DNA of 48,331 bases from a virus (IMGVR_UViG_3300025451_000020:1-48331), one strand, 5' to 3'; positions 26,901 through 35,772 are shown, counted from the first letter of the stretch. Notes: generated by a model not told the origin, from the letters alone. Numbers and translations are program-made.

Positions 26901-27108
26901 TGTCTTTATTCAAATGGTTTCTGATTGCGTTAGTGATGTGACCAGATTCAAGCAAGTCGATCATCGTATCATTATTAACGTAGCCGCCTAAATTGCTGTA
27001 TATCAAGAAAGCATTCTTACGGTTAGGCAATAGCAGCAGATACGGAAACGATGACTTGTCGAGTAGATCAAGCGCGTCCTCTACATTGTCGAATGATCCG
27101 AAGCTCAT
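26890..27108 (-). CDS. Hypothetical protein
   Basis: 72 aa, coupled to neighbours. Confidence 0.6.
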   Translation of the reverse strand: MSFGSFDNVEDALDLLDKSSFPYLLLLPNRKNAFLIYSNLGGYVNNDTMIDLLESGHITNAIRNHLNKDNDN

Positions 27109-27287
27109 GATTGATTTTCTTTCATAATAGAAGCGTATTTCTTTTGTAGCATTTCAGTCAGAGCTTGTTCTGCGTGCAGTGAACGCTCAAGTCTTTCTGC
27201 CAACTCACGCATTTGATTGTACATTGCTGGCCAATCGTCTTCGCAAATCTCTTCGTGCAGCCAGTCTGTTGCAGGTGTGTCGCTCAT
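27105..27287 (-). CDS. MSDTP-family small protein
   Basis: MSDTPATD...LAERLERSL; ATGA overlaps. Confidence 0.6.
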   Translation of the reverse strand: MSDTPATDWLHEEICEDDWPAMYNQMRELAERLERSLHAEQALTEMLQKKYASIMKENQS

Positions 27288-27382
27288 GCTTTTGTTAAGA
27301 ATTTAAAATAAGCGATGGCGACCACTGTAAGGCAGATGCCAACAAAGCAATCGTGAATCAGGTTACAGGTTTCAGGGTTCAT
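27284..27382 (-). CDS. 32-aa single-TM microprotein (not in ORF track)
   Basis: MNPETCNLIHDCFVGICLTVVAIAYFKFLTKA*; ATGA overlaps at both ends. Confidence 0.55.
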   Translation of the reverse strand: MNPETCNLIHDCFVGICLTVVAIAYFKFLTKA

Positions 27383-27546
27383 GATTCTTTTTTCGTTAAG
27401 GCTTGCGCGTAAATAGTCCAGTTGTCCCTGTCGCGGTAGACGCAGACCCCTCCCTGAAGTTCCCAGCCATTAGCTAGTAGAGCAGTTACCCTTTCTTCCA
27501 GTGTTCTTATGTTTGCAGCTTCGACGATTCCGTATTCTAGTTTCAT
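27379..27546 (-). CDS. DUF1737-like 55-aa protein (not in ORF track)
   Basis: MKLEYGIVEAANIRTLEERVTALLANGWELQGGV...YAQAL; ATGA overlaps. Confidence 0.7.
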   Translation of the reverse strand: MKLEYGIVEAANIRTLEERVTALLANGWELQGGVCVYRDRDNWTIYAQALTKKES

Positions 27547-27734
27547 GATTCAGGATTCAGGGTTCTAAGTAATCCATCTTCTGTTTGCTCAAATGGTGGG
27601 AGCTTACGGTACTCTATCGCTTCTTGTGCGGAGTCGTAAAACTTATTCGGCTGGTCAGATAAGCGGTATTGTTTTTTGCCGTCTAGCATTCGGACTTGCA
27701 AAAAGATTTCGTGTTCTTCTACTCTGTATTTCAT
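27543..27734 (-). CDS. Hypothetical protein
   Basis: 63 aa; ATGA overlaps. Confidence 0.6.
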   Translation of the reverse strand: MKYRVEEHEIFLQVRMLDGKKQYRLSDQPNKFYDSAQEAIEYRKLPPFEQTEDGLLRTLNPES

Positions 27735-27991
27735 TCAGGTTTCAGGGTTCGGGCTTCTTTATAGTATTGGTGTATAAGTGTATCTACAAGCACACCTTGA
27801 ATAGATTGTATTGCAATTCTTATGTCTCCTTTATCTGCGTAGGCTATTTCAAGAATACTTACTAACGCTTTTTCATAAGTATCGCATCTGCGTTCAAGTG
27901 TGCGGCAGAAATTAGCCGTGACTACATCATAGTCTAGCATCCATTTTTTTGCTACGAAAGAAGCTGTATCTGTTTCTGGTGTATCACTCAT
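27731..27991 (-). CDS. MSDTP-family small protein
   Basis: MSDTPETD...FCRTLERRCD. Start ATG 27991. Confidence 0.6.
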   Translation of the reverse strand: MSDTPETDTASFVAKKWMLDYDVVTANFCRTLERRCDTYEKALVSILEIAYADKGDIRIAIQSIQGVLVDTLIHQYYKEARTLKPE

Positions 27992-28238
27992 CGTCTTGTT
28001 TGGTTCGGGCTTCAAGCATTGCGTCTGCGATTTGATATGAAGATTTCGATATAGCGGTGTAACTTTCAGAATTACCGTATAGAGAGATAAATGAGATCAT
28101 CGCTTGTCCAGCAAAGTGATCGCGCAGACTCATGCCATCGTGAATGTTGCCGTAGGTACACGGATGCACTGGCCCACCTTCTTCAAATACGAACGGGCTT
28201 TTCTTTACTGGAGTAGTTGTTTTTGTTTCGGGGAACAT
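27984..28238 (-). CDS. Conserved small phage protein (GGPxxP...GMSLRDxFA family)
   Basis: GGPVHP...GMSLRDHFAGQAM...SYQIADAMLEAR. Confidence 0.75.
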   Translation of the reverse strand: MFPETKTTTPVKKSPFVFEEGGPVHPCTYGNIHDGMSLRDHFAGQAMISFISLYGNSESYTAISKSSYQIADAMLEARTKQDDE

Positions 28239-28249
28239 GTTGTTGTTAG

Positions 28250-28519
28250 TTAGAGAATTTCCTGCACCGTGATCGGCTCCCAGATATTTTCGTCGTATGA
28301 AATAAAATCATTATCTTCGATCACGCCAGTGTACTTGTGGATCATCAGCTTGAAGATGCGCGGCTCAGGCTTGATGCGGAAGTATTCTAGCGGCCAATTA
28401 AAATTGAGCTGTGACTCATCATACCAATCGTCTTCAATTTGGTATCTGCATTGGATTATTTTGCCCTCAGCCAAAGCCTGCACTAGCGGCAGGTATTCGT
28501 GTGCGTTGTTTTTGTTCAT
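28250..28519 (-). CDS. Hypothetical phage protein
   Basis: ALAEGKIIQ...W...YFRIKPEP pattern common in phage small ORFs. Confidence 0.7.
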   Translation of the reverse strand: MNKNNAHEYLPLVQALAEGKIIQCRYQIEDDWYDESQLNFNWPLEYFRIKPEPRIFKLMIHKYTGVIEDNDFISYDENIWEPITVQEIL

Positions 28520-28773
28520 GCGTCAATGAGTTCGATTTTGGCGGTGATCTTCGGCACGACTGAGCGCACTACCTCTACGATGAGCAATGGAGCGCACCAG
28601 TCGGTTTCGTGTTCGGTCTTCAGGCAAGTGCAGCTGTCGTTCCAGACATCACGGATGTCTTTCAAAGCAAATGCTTCAGCGGCTTTGCGAGTAGGGTACG
28701 GGCCAGTAGCGTGACAAGTGTTTGTGTGCTGCTCGATAGCATCGGTGTCGATAATCCAGTATTCTTTTTTCAT
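28516..28773 (-). CDS. Hypothetical protein
   Basis: 85 aa; GPYPTRKAAE; ATGA overlaps. Confidence 0.65.
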   Translation of the reverse strand: MKKEYWIIDTDAIEQHTNTCHATGPYPTRKAAEAFALKDIRDVWNDSCTCLKTEHETDWCAPLLIVEVVRSVVPKITAKIELIDA

Positions 28774-29091
28774 GCGTCTAGTAGTCTGAGTGCGTGTTTG
28801 TATGCGTCGATCTGACCAGCAACTCTAGCTTGCATGATGTCAATCGTATAGGTTGGGTACTGTGCTTCACATTCTCTCAAGCGTTGTTCCAGCTTTGCTT
28901 TGTAAGCAGCGAGATCGAATACGGTTGTTGCTGGCTGCTCTGTTGTAGTTGTTACAGCTAGCAGATTACTGATCTTTGTTTCCAGAGACAGGATACGGGA
29001 TTCAAGATAGCAGAATGATTCGCTGTATTTTGACTTAATGAAGTCACAGATTTCTTGTTCATTCATGCGTCTAGTAGTCTGAGTGCGTGTT
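28769..29091. repeat. 30-bp exact direct repeat at the 3' ends of two paralogs
   Basis: TTCATGCGTCTAGTAGTCTGAGTGCGTGTT at 28769-28798 and 29062-29091. Confidence 0.9.
28770..29066 (-). CDS. Hypothetical protein, paralog of 29063-29332
   Basis: Shared FDL..Y...L.QR...QI.AY.HALRLLDA. Confidence 0.65.
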   Translation of the reverse strand: MNEQEICDFIKSKYSESFCYLESRILSLETKISNLLAVTTTTEQPATTVFDLAAYKAKLEQRLRECEAQYPTYTIDIMQARVAGQIDAYKHALRLLDA

Positions 29092-29332
29092 CGTAGGCTT
29101 CGATTTGAATGGCGTATCTTTCATAAGTTATTTTGCCATAAGTCTCTTCTGCTAATCGTTTCAAATTAGTGATGCGTTGCTTCAGTAGCCCCCTGTATCG
29201 TTCAAGATCGAACGCTGTCTGATGTGGTTGCTGCTTTCCTTCAAGATACGCTACACGATCTGTGAGATCCTGTAGGCCAGTTGCCATATTGCTGAGGGCG
29301 AGTCGGTAGATGTCTTCCATTTCAGTTTGCAT
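29063..29332 (-). CDS. Hypothetical protein, paralog of 28770-29066
   Basis: Start ATG 29332 (TAATG overlap), MQTEMED...HALRLLDA. Confidence 0.65.
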   Translation of the reverse strand: MQTEMEDIYRLALSNMATGLQDLTDRVAYLEGKQQPHQTAFDLERYRGLLKQRITNLKRLAEETYGKITYERYAIQIEAYEHALRLLDA

Positions 29333-29565
29333 TAGTGTTGTGTAGGTGGGATTGGAAGCCAGCCTTTGAGCTCGGACTCGTAGCCCCATTCATTCTCGAA
29401 GTAGGAGTCGGTCCACTCCCCGTCGATCTGGCCGATCTGAGGCATCGCGTAGACCCACTTAAGGCTACCCACGCTCCACATACAAGCGACATAGCTTGGC
29501 CAACCGATATCGGCTAGGAATACTGATCCGTCTTTCGGTGCGTCTTCTGGTTTATTCGTGGTCAT
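29332..29565 (-). CDS. DUF551-like small protein
   Basis: EDAPKDGSVFL...W...W...GWLPIP. Confidence 0.65.
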   Translation of the reverse strand: MTTNKPEDAPKDGSVFLADIGWPSYVACMWSVGSLKWVYAMPQIGQIDGEWTDSYFENEWGYESELKGWLPIPPTQH

Positions 29566-29723
29566 AAAAAATTTCTTGTTCTTGTTCTGGTTCCCATCCT
29601 TCAAATAATTCGTCAAAAAAATCGAGTTGTTTCATAGAGGTCTTAAAAAGCTATTTAAAAAAATTGCAGATAAGGTTACTGCGACGAGTAGTCCGTAGCA
29701 ATACGGTGGGTCAAAGAAAAGAC

Positions 29724-30101
29724 TTAAGGCCATTGTGGGAGTTCTTTCAAAAGTTTCTTGGTTCTTTCTTCACGGAGCAGACCCTTCATCAAGATCGCGT
29801 AGTTGACGAGATCATCGCAGGCATCATCAACAGATTCCCCCTTGACCTCGAGCACGCCTTTGAGAATAAAGCTCTTGATCCTTTGGAGCTTGTCAGTAAC
29901 ACGCAACAAGATTCCAGTTACAGGGTGCAAGCCAAACATCTCAGCGATGCGAAAGTTGGCGTAAGGATCCGCGGTACCGCCGGTGTAGTCTGCGTTCTTC
30001 TCTCGCATAATCCGCATACAGTTTTGGCAAGTCTCGTTATGGAGCTTGAGTAACTCTTCGATTGGAGTGCGGTATTCTTCGGCTACTTGTTGTGCGTTCA
30101 T
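29724..30101 (-). CDS. Nucleotide modification-associated domain 1 (DUF1599-like) protein
   Basis: KNADY..DPYANF..GILLRVTDKLQRI..ESVDDACDDLVNYAIL. Start ATG 30101 or 30119. Confidence 0.75.
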   Translation of the reverse strand: MNAQQVAEEYRTPIEELLKLHNETCQNCMRIMREKNADYTGGTADPYANFRIAEMFGLHPVTGILLRVTDKLQRIKSFILKGVLEVKGESVDDACDDLVNYAILMKGLLREERTKKLLKELPQWP

Positions 30102-30162
30102 CGGTGTGCTGAAGTCCATAACCGAGACAGTTAGGCTGCACAAGAAAAAACTTTAAAAATTA

Positions 30163-30819
30163 TTATTCGTCGTCATCAAACTCAGCGTCTACAACGATTG
30201 TCTGGCCTTTTGATTTCGCAGAACCACCACCACCCTTGGTCAGGATATTGAGATTGATCGCGAGACCACCGGCACCTCCCTTAGCATTCAAGCCAAGATT
30301 GGTCCGCAAAATATCGTTCAAGGTAGCGAGGTCTCTCATGGTCTTGACCGGCGGCGGCATCGCCGCGGCTTGCTTCAAAACGTTCAAGCCCATCGCAACC
30401 ATGATCGCTTGGTAACGGTCCGCGGTATCTCCTGGCTTTGCCATCGCTTCTTCGATCGCTCCCATGATCTCAGTAGCGTTCATCATCTTCTGGGTCGGGG
30501 TCTCGTTCTGCTCGAGAACTTTAAGAACCTTCTCAGCTTCGCTAATTTGAATCTCTTCTGCTGGAACCGGAGCATTGAAAATCGTCGGCTTCAAGATCTC
30601 GTTGGGATCTTGTGCCGGTGGAGCGTAGACTAGGGCCGAACCGTGGACCGCTGAAGCGGCACGGCACCACCTCATCACTGTCGAGTAATCAACTCCGATC
30701 GCGTTGGCGATCTCTTGGGCCGCGTGTCCTTTGGTGAAAAGATCAACTGCACGGGCACGTACCGCAGCGGGTTGTTTGCTCGTCTTCTGGGCACCTTCTG
30801 CTTTTTTGGGTCTTGCCAT
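30163..30819 (-). CDS. HTH protein, probable terminase small subunit
   Basis: N-terminal HTH (AQEIANAIGVDYSTVMRWC), helical core, C-terminal INLNIL...IVVDAEF tail typical of TerS; adjacent to TerL. Confidence 0.55.
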   Translation of the reverse strand: MARPKKAEGAQKTSKQPAAVRARAVDLFTKGHAAQEIANAIGVDYSTVMRWCRAASAVHGSALVYAPPAQDPNEILKPTIFNAPVPAEEIQISEAEKVLKVLEQNETPTQKMMNATEIMGAIEEAMAKPGDTADRYQAIMVAMGLNVLKQAAAMPPPVKTMRDLATLNDILRTNLGLNAKGGAGGLAINLNILTKGGGGSAKSKGQTIVVDAEFDDDE

Positions 30820-30825
30820 CTATTT

Positions 30826-31017
30826 TTACTCCATCGGGTTGTATTGTTCAAAGATATACGCGTAGGCAAACTCGTCTAATGAATCAGGAATCTTGATTCG
30901 GGTACAGAGTCTCTCGTAAAGCCTCTCGGCTAAGACAGGATTTTCTCCAGCGATTTCACGTAATTCATCGTACTCGGACAAATTTGCTACTAGGTGTTCA
31001 ATGAATTTTGTTTCCAC
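30826..31017 (-). CDS. Hypothetical protein
   Basis: 63 aa, GTG start. Confidence 0.5.
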   Translation of the reverse strand: METKFIEHLVANLSEYDELREIAGENPVLAERLYERLCTRIKIPDSLDEFAYAYIFEQYNPME

Positions 31018-31082
31018 TGGATGTCATTACAAACGAATTTAGCTTGTCTTGGCAAGAAAAATATGTAGGTATGTACGAAGTA

Positions 31083-32867
31083 ATGGCTAAACGACATATT
31101 TACGACCCGTACCTTTTACCGGATGGTAGCTGGAATATCGCTGGAAACCACATCGAACCGTGCAATGAGCTGACAGCTTTGCTCGCGTCGTTCACTTTAC
31201 TAAGCGGTGCCGCGAAGGCTCACATCTTTTGGTGCATCGCGGACATCCTCTGGAACGGGGACGAGCGTCCACAGCCTTTGTTCGCGAAACACCCTTGGGC
31301 CGAGCAGATGATCAAGGCCGCGGCTTCTGAAAAATATTTGTCGATCGGCGGAGCTGCTTCGAGCGGGAAGTCTTACACGATGGCGGGTTGGGCCGTGGTC
31401 AACTGGCTCGCGGCACCTGACCGAACCTTGATCCTTGTAACTTCAACCACTCTCCGTGAAGCACGGAAGCGGATCTGGGGTGCTGTGATCACTTTGCTGA
31501 CTTCAGTTCCAGGACTACCAATCAAGATTCGGGATTCAATTGGTTCCGCAAACTACATCGATTCGAACGGGGTAATCTTTGACCGAGCTGGGTTATCCTT
31601 GATCGCCGCTGAAAAGAGCAAGACTCGGGAAGCTACCGCGAAGCTGATCGGTATCAAGCAGGAAAGGGTCATGTTAGTCGCTGACGAGCTTTCAGAGCTC
31701 GCGCACTCGATCGTTCAGACATCGATGTCGAACTTGGCATCCAACCCAGAGCTGAGCATCGTGGCGATGTCTAACCCTTGCAGCCGTTTCGATGCTTTCG
31801 GTGACTGGGCCGAGCCGAAAAAGGGTTGGGACTCGATCGTCCCCGAAGTCGATTACTCGTGGCGCACCAAGTACGGGGGTCTTTACATGAGATTCGACGC
31901 TGAGCGAAGCCCAAACCTTGGTGCCAGTGAAGACCTCTATCCTTGGTTGCCGACCCAAGCTCGGATCGACGAGGCCAAGAAAAACCTCGGTGAGTCGAGC
32001 CGTGGATATATGCGGATGTACCGAGCCGTCTTCTTCGATACCGATGAGGCTGAGGGTGTCTACGGTGAGAGCGAGTTATCGAGGAGCTGTGCTCTTTCGA
32101 GGACGACGCTCAGGGAAACCGTAAAGCTCGCAGCTTTGGACCCTGCATTTACCAACGGAGGTGACCGGACGATGGTTCGTTTCGGGGAGCTCGGTTACGA
32201 TTCGAACGGGCAGTACTGCTTGCAGTTGCTAGAATCACTTTTGCTTTACGAGGACGAGACCAACAAGGCTGTGCCGCGGACCTACCAGATCGTACAGCAA
32301 TTAAAGGACGCTTGCGTCAAAAGAGGCGTGAAGCCCGAGAACGTAGCGATCGATGCCACCGGTGCAGGCAATCCTTTCTGCGACGTTGTAGCCGCGATGT
32401 GGTCGCCGGATATCCTACGTGTAGTCTTCGCGGGTAAAGCGACTGACCGCCGAGTCAGCATGAACAACTCGACTCCTTGCTATGACCTCTACGCGAACCG
32501 AGTCACTGAGATCTGGTTCGCTGGTAAAGAGCTGATCCGTTGCGGGCAGCTTTACGGAGTCGATCAAGAGTTGGCCCGAGAGATGACGGCGCGACAATAC
32601 GAGACGATCAAGGGAGGTGAAGGACTCAAGATGCGGGTAGAGCCAAAGCCTGACTTCAAAAAAAGGTCAGGGTATTCGCCTGACGCAGCGGACGCGGCTT
32701 TCTTGCTAATCGATCTGGCGCGGAATCGGCACGGTTTGATCGCGCTCGAGCCTCTCAAGAAGAACGACCAAGACGGCTCTAGCTTCGGCAACTACCACCG
32801 GCAGGTTTCGATGAAGGACTTGCAGGTCGAGAGCAGGACCTCTTACAGCAGTTTGATGGAGTTCTAA
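31083..32867 (+). CDS. terL: Terminase large subunit
   Basis: Walker A GAASSGKS, Walker B MLVADE, motif III MSNP, nuclease ALDPA..GGD, IDATG, SPDAADA. Start ATG 31083 or 31071. Confidence 0.92.
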   Translation: MAKRHIYDPYLLPDGSWNIAGNHIEPCNELTALLASFTLLSGAAKAHIFWCIADILWNGDERPQPLFAKHPWAEQMIKAAASEKYLSIGGAASSGKSYTMAGWAVVNWLAAPDRTLILVTSTTLREARKRIWGAVITLLTSVPGLPIKIRDSIGSANYIDSNGVIFDRAGLSLIAAEKSKTREATAKLIGIKQERVMLVADELSELAHSIVQTSMSNLASNPELSIVAMSNPCSRFDAFGDWAEPKKGWDSIVPEVDYSWRTKYGGLYMRFDAERSPNLGASEDLYPWLPTQARIDEAKKNLGESSRGYMRMYRAVFFDTDEAEGVYGESELSRSCALSRTTLRETVKLAALDPAFTNGGDRTMVRFGELGYDSNGQYCLQLLESLLLYEDETNKAVPRTYQIVQQLKDACVKRGVKPENVAIDATGAGNPFCDVVAAMWSPDILRVVFAGKATDRRVSMNNSTPCYDLYANRVTEIWFAGKELIRCGQLYGVDQELAREMTARQYETIKGGEGLKMRVEPKPDFKKRSGYSPDAADAAFLLIDLARNRHGLIALEPLKKNDQDGSSFGNYHRQVSMKDLQVESRTSYSSLMEF

Positions 32868-32927
32868 AATAACTGGTCTTCTTATTGCCTCCCACTTTGA
32901 AAAGTATTTCAAAAAGTGAGTGGCGGT

Positions 32928-33036
32928 TAATCCCCTAGACACTTAATGTTTCTAACTCTTTTAAAATCAATAAAATTATTTTTCTCTAAAAACCTTGAAA
33001 ACTGTCTAGTGGATTATCAAGGGGAGAGTTTAGAAA
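32928..33036. repeat. Interleaved imperfect inverted repeats in an AT-rich intergenic region
   Basis: TAATCCCCTAGACA (32928-32941) / TGTCTAGTGGATTA (33003-33016); TTTCTAACTCT (32949-32959) / AGAGTTTAGAAA (33025-33036). Confidence 0.55.
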
Positions 33037-33106
33037 AAAGATTATATTAAGAGAGTGACAAGAAGACCACTAATTTGAAAAGGTCGCTAGACCCTGAACT
33101 TTCAGC

Positions 33107-33135
33107 TTGCAATCCAAGTTAGGTCCTGATACCGT
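33107..33135 (+). promoter_or_regulatory. sigma70-like promoter
   Basis: TTGCAA-17 bp-TACCGT, 10 nt upstream of ATG 33146. Confidence 0.45.
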
Positions 33136-33145
33136 GGGCCTCGTT

Positions 33146-33733
33146 ATGGCTGGCCGACTAATTGCATCTGACTCTACCCGACTTCTTCGACAAGCTTTAT
33201 CAGCTCGTTCCCGTGGATTCGGTGAAGGCGTTGTCAACGCTCTAGCGGCCCAAGGTTACGATGCTAAAGAAGACGAGCTCAAAGGTGGCCCTGCCTTGAG
33301 ACGCGCAAAAGGCTACGCCGAAGCTGAAGCCGCGAAGCAGACGGCTTCTGAAAACCTTCAGGGACGGATTGCCTTTGCGGACGAGCTCAAGAAACGCGCC
33401 GGTGACGAAAACCAACCAGAAGGATTTGACTTGCGTCAGTTCGCTGAGCCCCGCGCTGCTGGACTTGGGATTAGCCCCGCCGCGCTTACTAGCTTCTTTG
33501 CAAGGAACAAGCTAGCGATGAACGGATCTCCCCCAGCAACGGCACCAACTGAAGTTGCCACAAAGGCATCGAACCCTCTTGCAGCATCCGGTATCCCATT
33601 AATTTCTGAAGTTCCTTTAAAGTCTCAACAAGAAATTGATTTAGAAAACAAAAAAGCTTTAGCTAAAAAAGCTCAAGAAACAACAACTCCTCGTTACGGC
33701 GGCACGTACGGCTCGACCGGCTTCTACCAATAA
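33146..33733 (+). CDS. Probable internal virion (ejection) protein
   Basis: Ala-rich helical; first of four genes of increasing size ending in a giant protein, resembling podovirus core-protein blocks. Confidence 0.55.
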   Translation: MAGRLIASDSTRLLRQALSARSRGFGEGVVNALAAQGYDAKEDELKGGPALRRAKGYAEAEAAKQTASENLQGRIAFADELKKRAGDENQPEGFDLRQFAEPRAAGLGISPAALTSFFARNKLAMNGSPPATAPTEVATKASNPLAASGIPLISEVPLKSQQEIDLENKKALAKKAQETTTPRYGGTYGSTGFYQ

Positions 33734-33738
33734 TTTTT

Positions 33739-34590
33739 ATGGCAAACTCTACAGCCCCATACACAGCAGCTGACGCTACAGCACAAGTTGATGCCCAGAA
33801 AAAGCAAGAAGAGCTCCAGCGCAAGGCCGCTGCTTTACTTGAAGCAAAGAAGAACACGCCGACCGGTGAAGTACTACTCCCGCAAAGTACAGTAGATACT
33901 ACTGGAGGTGAAAAGGGGCCAAGATATAACCGCCTAACTGGATTACCTTTTGGATATCGCCCAGGAGATGACCTTAAACTTACAGAAGGTGCCCCTAAAT
34001 CTATTGCAATTCGAGCAGCAGAAAGCGTTGCCCGCCAAGAAGCCGCGCCTTCCGAGGCAGCAGCTGCGGCCCAAACCATCATGAATCTTGGAGCTCGTTT
34101 CGATTCTCCGGTTAGTTCTAAGCCCTCACCAGCTACAGCTAGTCCCGCTAAGGCCCCAGACTACGCGGCACAGTACACCGCGGCACGTACCGCTTACAAC
34201 AAGCCTTTAACCGAAGGGGGAGGTCCTGGAGAAGAAGCCTCGGTTAAAAACGCGAAGCTCGAAATGGACCGAATTAACCAAGCCGCCCAACAAGGTCAGA
34301 ACGAATACTTCAGGCGGATCGATGGAAATGCCGGTCGCCTGCTCCAAACGACCAACCCAAAAGCTTTCGAAGAACAACGCAAAAAGGTCGAGCTCGAAAC
34401 CGGCGGAACCACCTATTCGCATTTGCAAGACTGGAACTTGCCCGCAAAGAAAAATGTAGACACCTCCGAGTTCTACAAAGATTCCGCGCCTACTTTGCTT
34501 GATCGAATGCTAGGCCGCGCCGAACTTGGCAATACAAATCAGTACCGCTCGGCATCAAGAATCCCTGCTGGGGGGAATCGCCCCCGTTAA
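33739..34590 (+). CDS. Probable internal virion (ejection) protein
   Basis: Ala/Pro/Gln-rich, 283 aa. Confidence 0.55.
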   Translation: MANSTAPYTAADATAQVDAQKKQEELQRKAAALLEAKKNTPTGEVLLPQSTVDTTGGEKGPRYNRLTGLPFGYRPGDDLKLTEGAPKSIAIRAAESVARQEAAPSEAAAAAQTIMNLGARFDSPVSSKPSPATASPAKAPDYAAQYTAARTAYNKPLTEGGGPGEEASVKNAKLEMDRINQAAQQGQNEYFRRIDGNAGRLLQTTNPKAFEEQRKKVELETGGTTYSHLQDWNLPAKKNVDTSEFYKDSAPTLLDRMLGRAELGNTNQYRSASRIPAGGNRPR

Positions 34591-34602
34591 TTTTTAATTC
34601 AA

Positions 34603-35772
34603 ATGGCTTTAGGACAACAACAGCGTCAAGACCCCGCGGCACCTCTCTTTGCCGTAGACACGGATATCACGCCTCTACAATCAAAGTACTTCGAGTACGC
34701 TGAAAAGGCTTTTAAAGACCCTGACGAGTTGAGTCGTGCATACTCTTCGATCGTGAATACTTTCGGCAGTATCCAGCAAGCTCGCGACATTCAAAATGAA
34801 CGGATGCAGAAGGACGAGGACCGAGCGATCCAGAACCAGCTCCGTAACACCCAGCTCGATGCTAGCCGATTTGAGTTAGCCCAAGCCAGAGACAAGGTCC
34901 GCGAGAAACAACAGTCCTTGGCTCAGACATCTGGATTCTTGCAAGGCATCAACCAGATCAAAGCTCAATTCGCTGGGGACCCTGCCGCGGCTTACTCAGC
35001 GATCAATGACTTCGGTGCCCAGAACGCTTCGGCCTTTGAGAACCCAACGAACAAGAACGCATTCGAGCTTACCTTGAATAGTCTCCGTACCCCAGCGGAG
35101 CTTCGACTAGATAAAGATAAGGGCTTGGACGCTGGAACTATTTCTAATTTAAGTAAGCTTACTTCCGCGCAACAAGAGGCTATGTTTCCAGGATCTTCTA
35201 GGAATCCTTATGTAGTCGCGGCGAGCGCAGCAAACCAACTTGACCTAGAGTCCAAGGGCGAGACCAAAGCACAGCGGGACCAAAAAGCTGCTGTTGAAAA
35301 AGTCGAAAGGAGTAACGTTGCTCTACGTAATAAAGTTAATCAATACCTTACTCCACTTGAGGGTCTGACTAAAGTCGATCCAGTTAGTTCTTATCAACCG
35401 TCTGAATTTAATTTAATAGATCAGACCCTTACTGGTCTTCAGCAACTAGATCTCATTGATGAAACAGACAAAAATAATTTGAAAGACGTTGGTATCTACG
35501 CTTTGGAAACAGAAAAAAAACCAGCTGATTCCAAAAAAAGACTCCTTAATAAATTTGGTTTTGGCACAGCTACAGATAGATCGACAGTTGACGAACCAAC
35601 TCAGCTTAGAAATCTTGCGGAACAACAACAGCGTATTTTAAAAGCTACCGTAGCTAACGCTAAAATTAAGGCTAGTAAGAAAGGCTTTAATCTTGATGAA
35701 AGCGAATCGGTACCAGCTAGTAGCCCCCAGGGTTTTAACCCTGTAAGAACTACTGGTAGACCGGCACAATAA
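34603..35772 (+). CDS. Probable internal virion (ejection) protein
   Basis: Gln/Ala-rich coiled-coil, 389 aa. Confidence 0.6.
   Translation: MALGQQQRQDPAAPLFAVDTDITPLQSKYFEYAEKAFKDPDELSRAYSSIVNTFGSIQQARDIQNERMQKDEDRAIQNQLRNTQLDASRFELAQARDKVREKQQSLAQTSGFLQGINQIKAQFAGDPAAAYSAINDFGAQNASAFENPTNKNAFELTLNSLRTPAELRLDKDKGLDAGTISNLSKLTSAQQEAMFPGSSRNPYVVAASAANQLDLESKGETKAQRDQKAAVEKVERSNVALRNKVNQYLTPLEGLTKVDPVSSYQPSEFNLIDQTLTGLQQLDLIDETDKNNLKDVGIYALETEKKPADSKKRLLNKFGFGTATDRSTVDEPTQLRNLAEQQQRILKATVANAKIKASKKGFNLDESESVPASSPQGFNPVRTTGRPAQ

Noticed and set aside
27366-27750. Periodic 15-mer as a CRISPR array
   Set aside because: The repeats are too short, and the 170-bp intervals are protein-coding.
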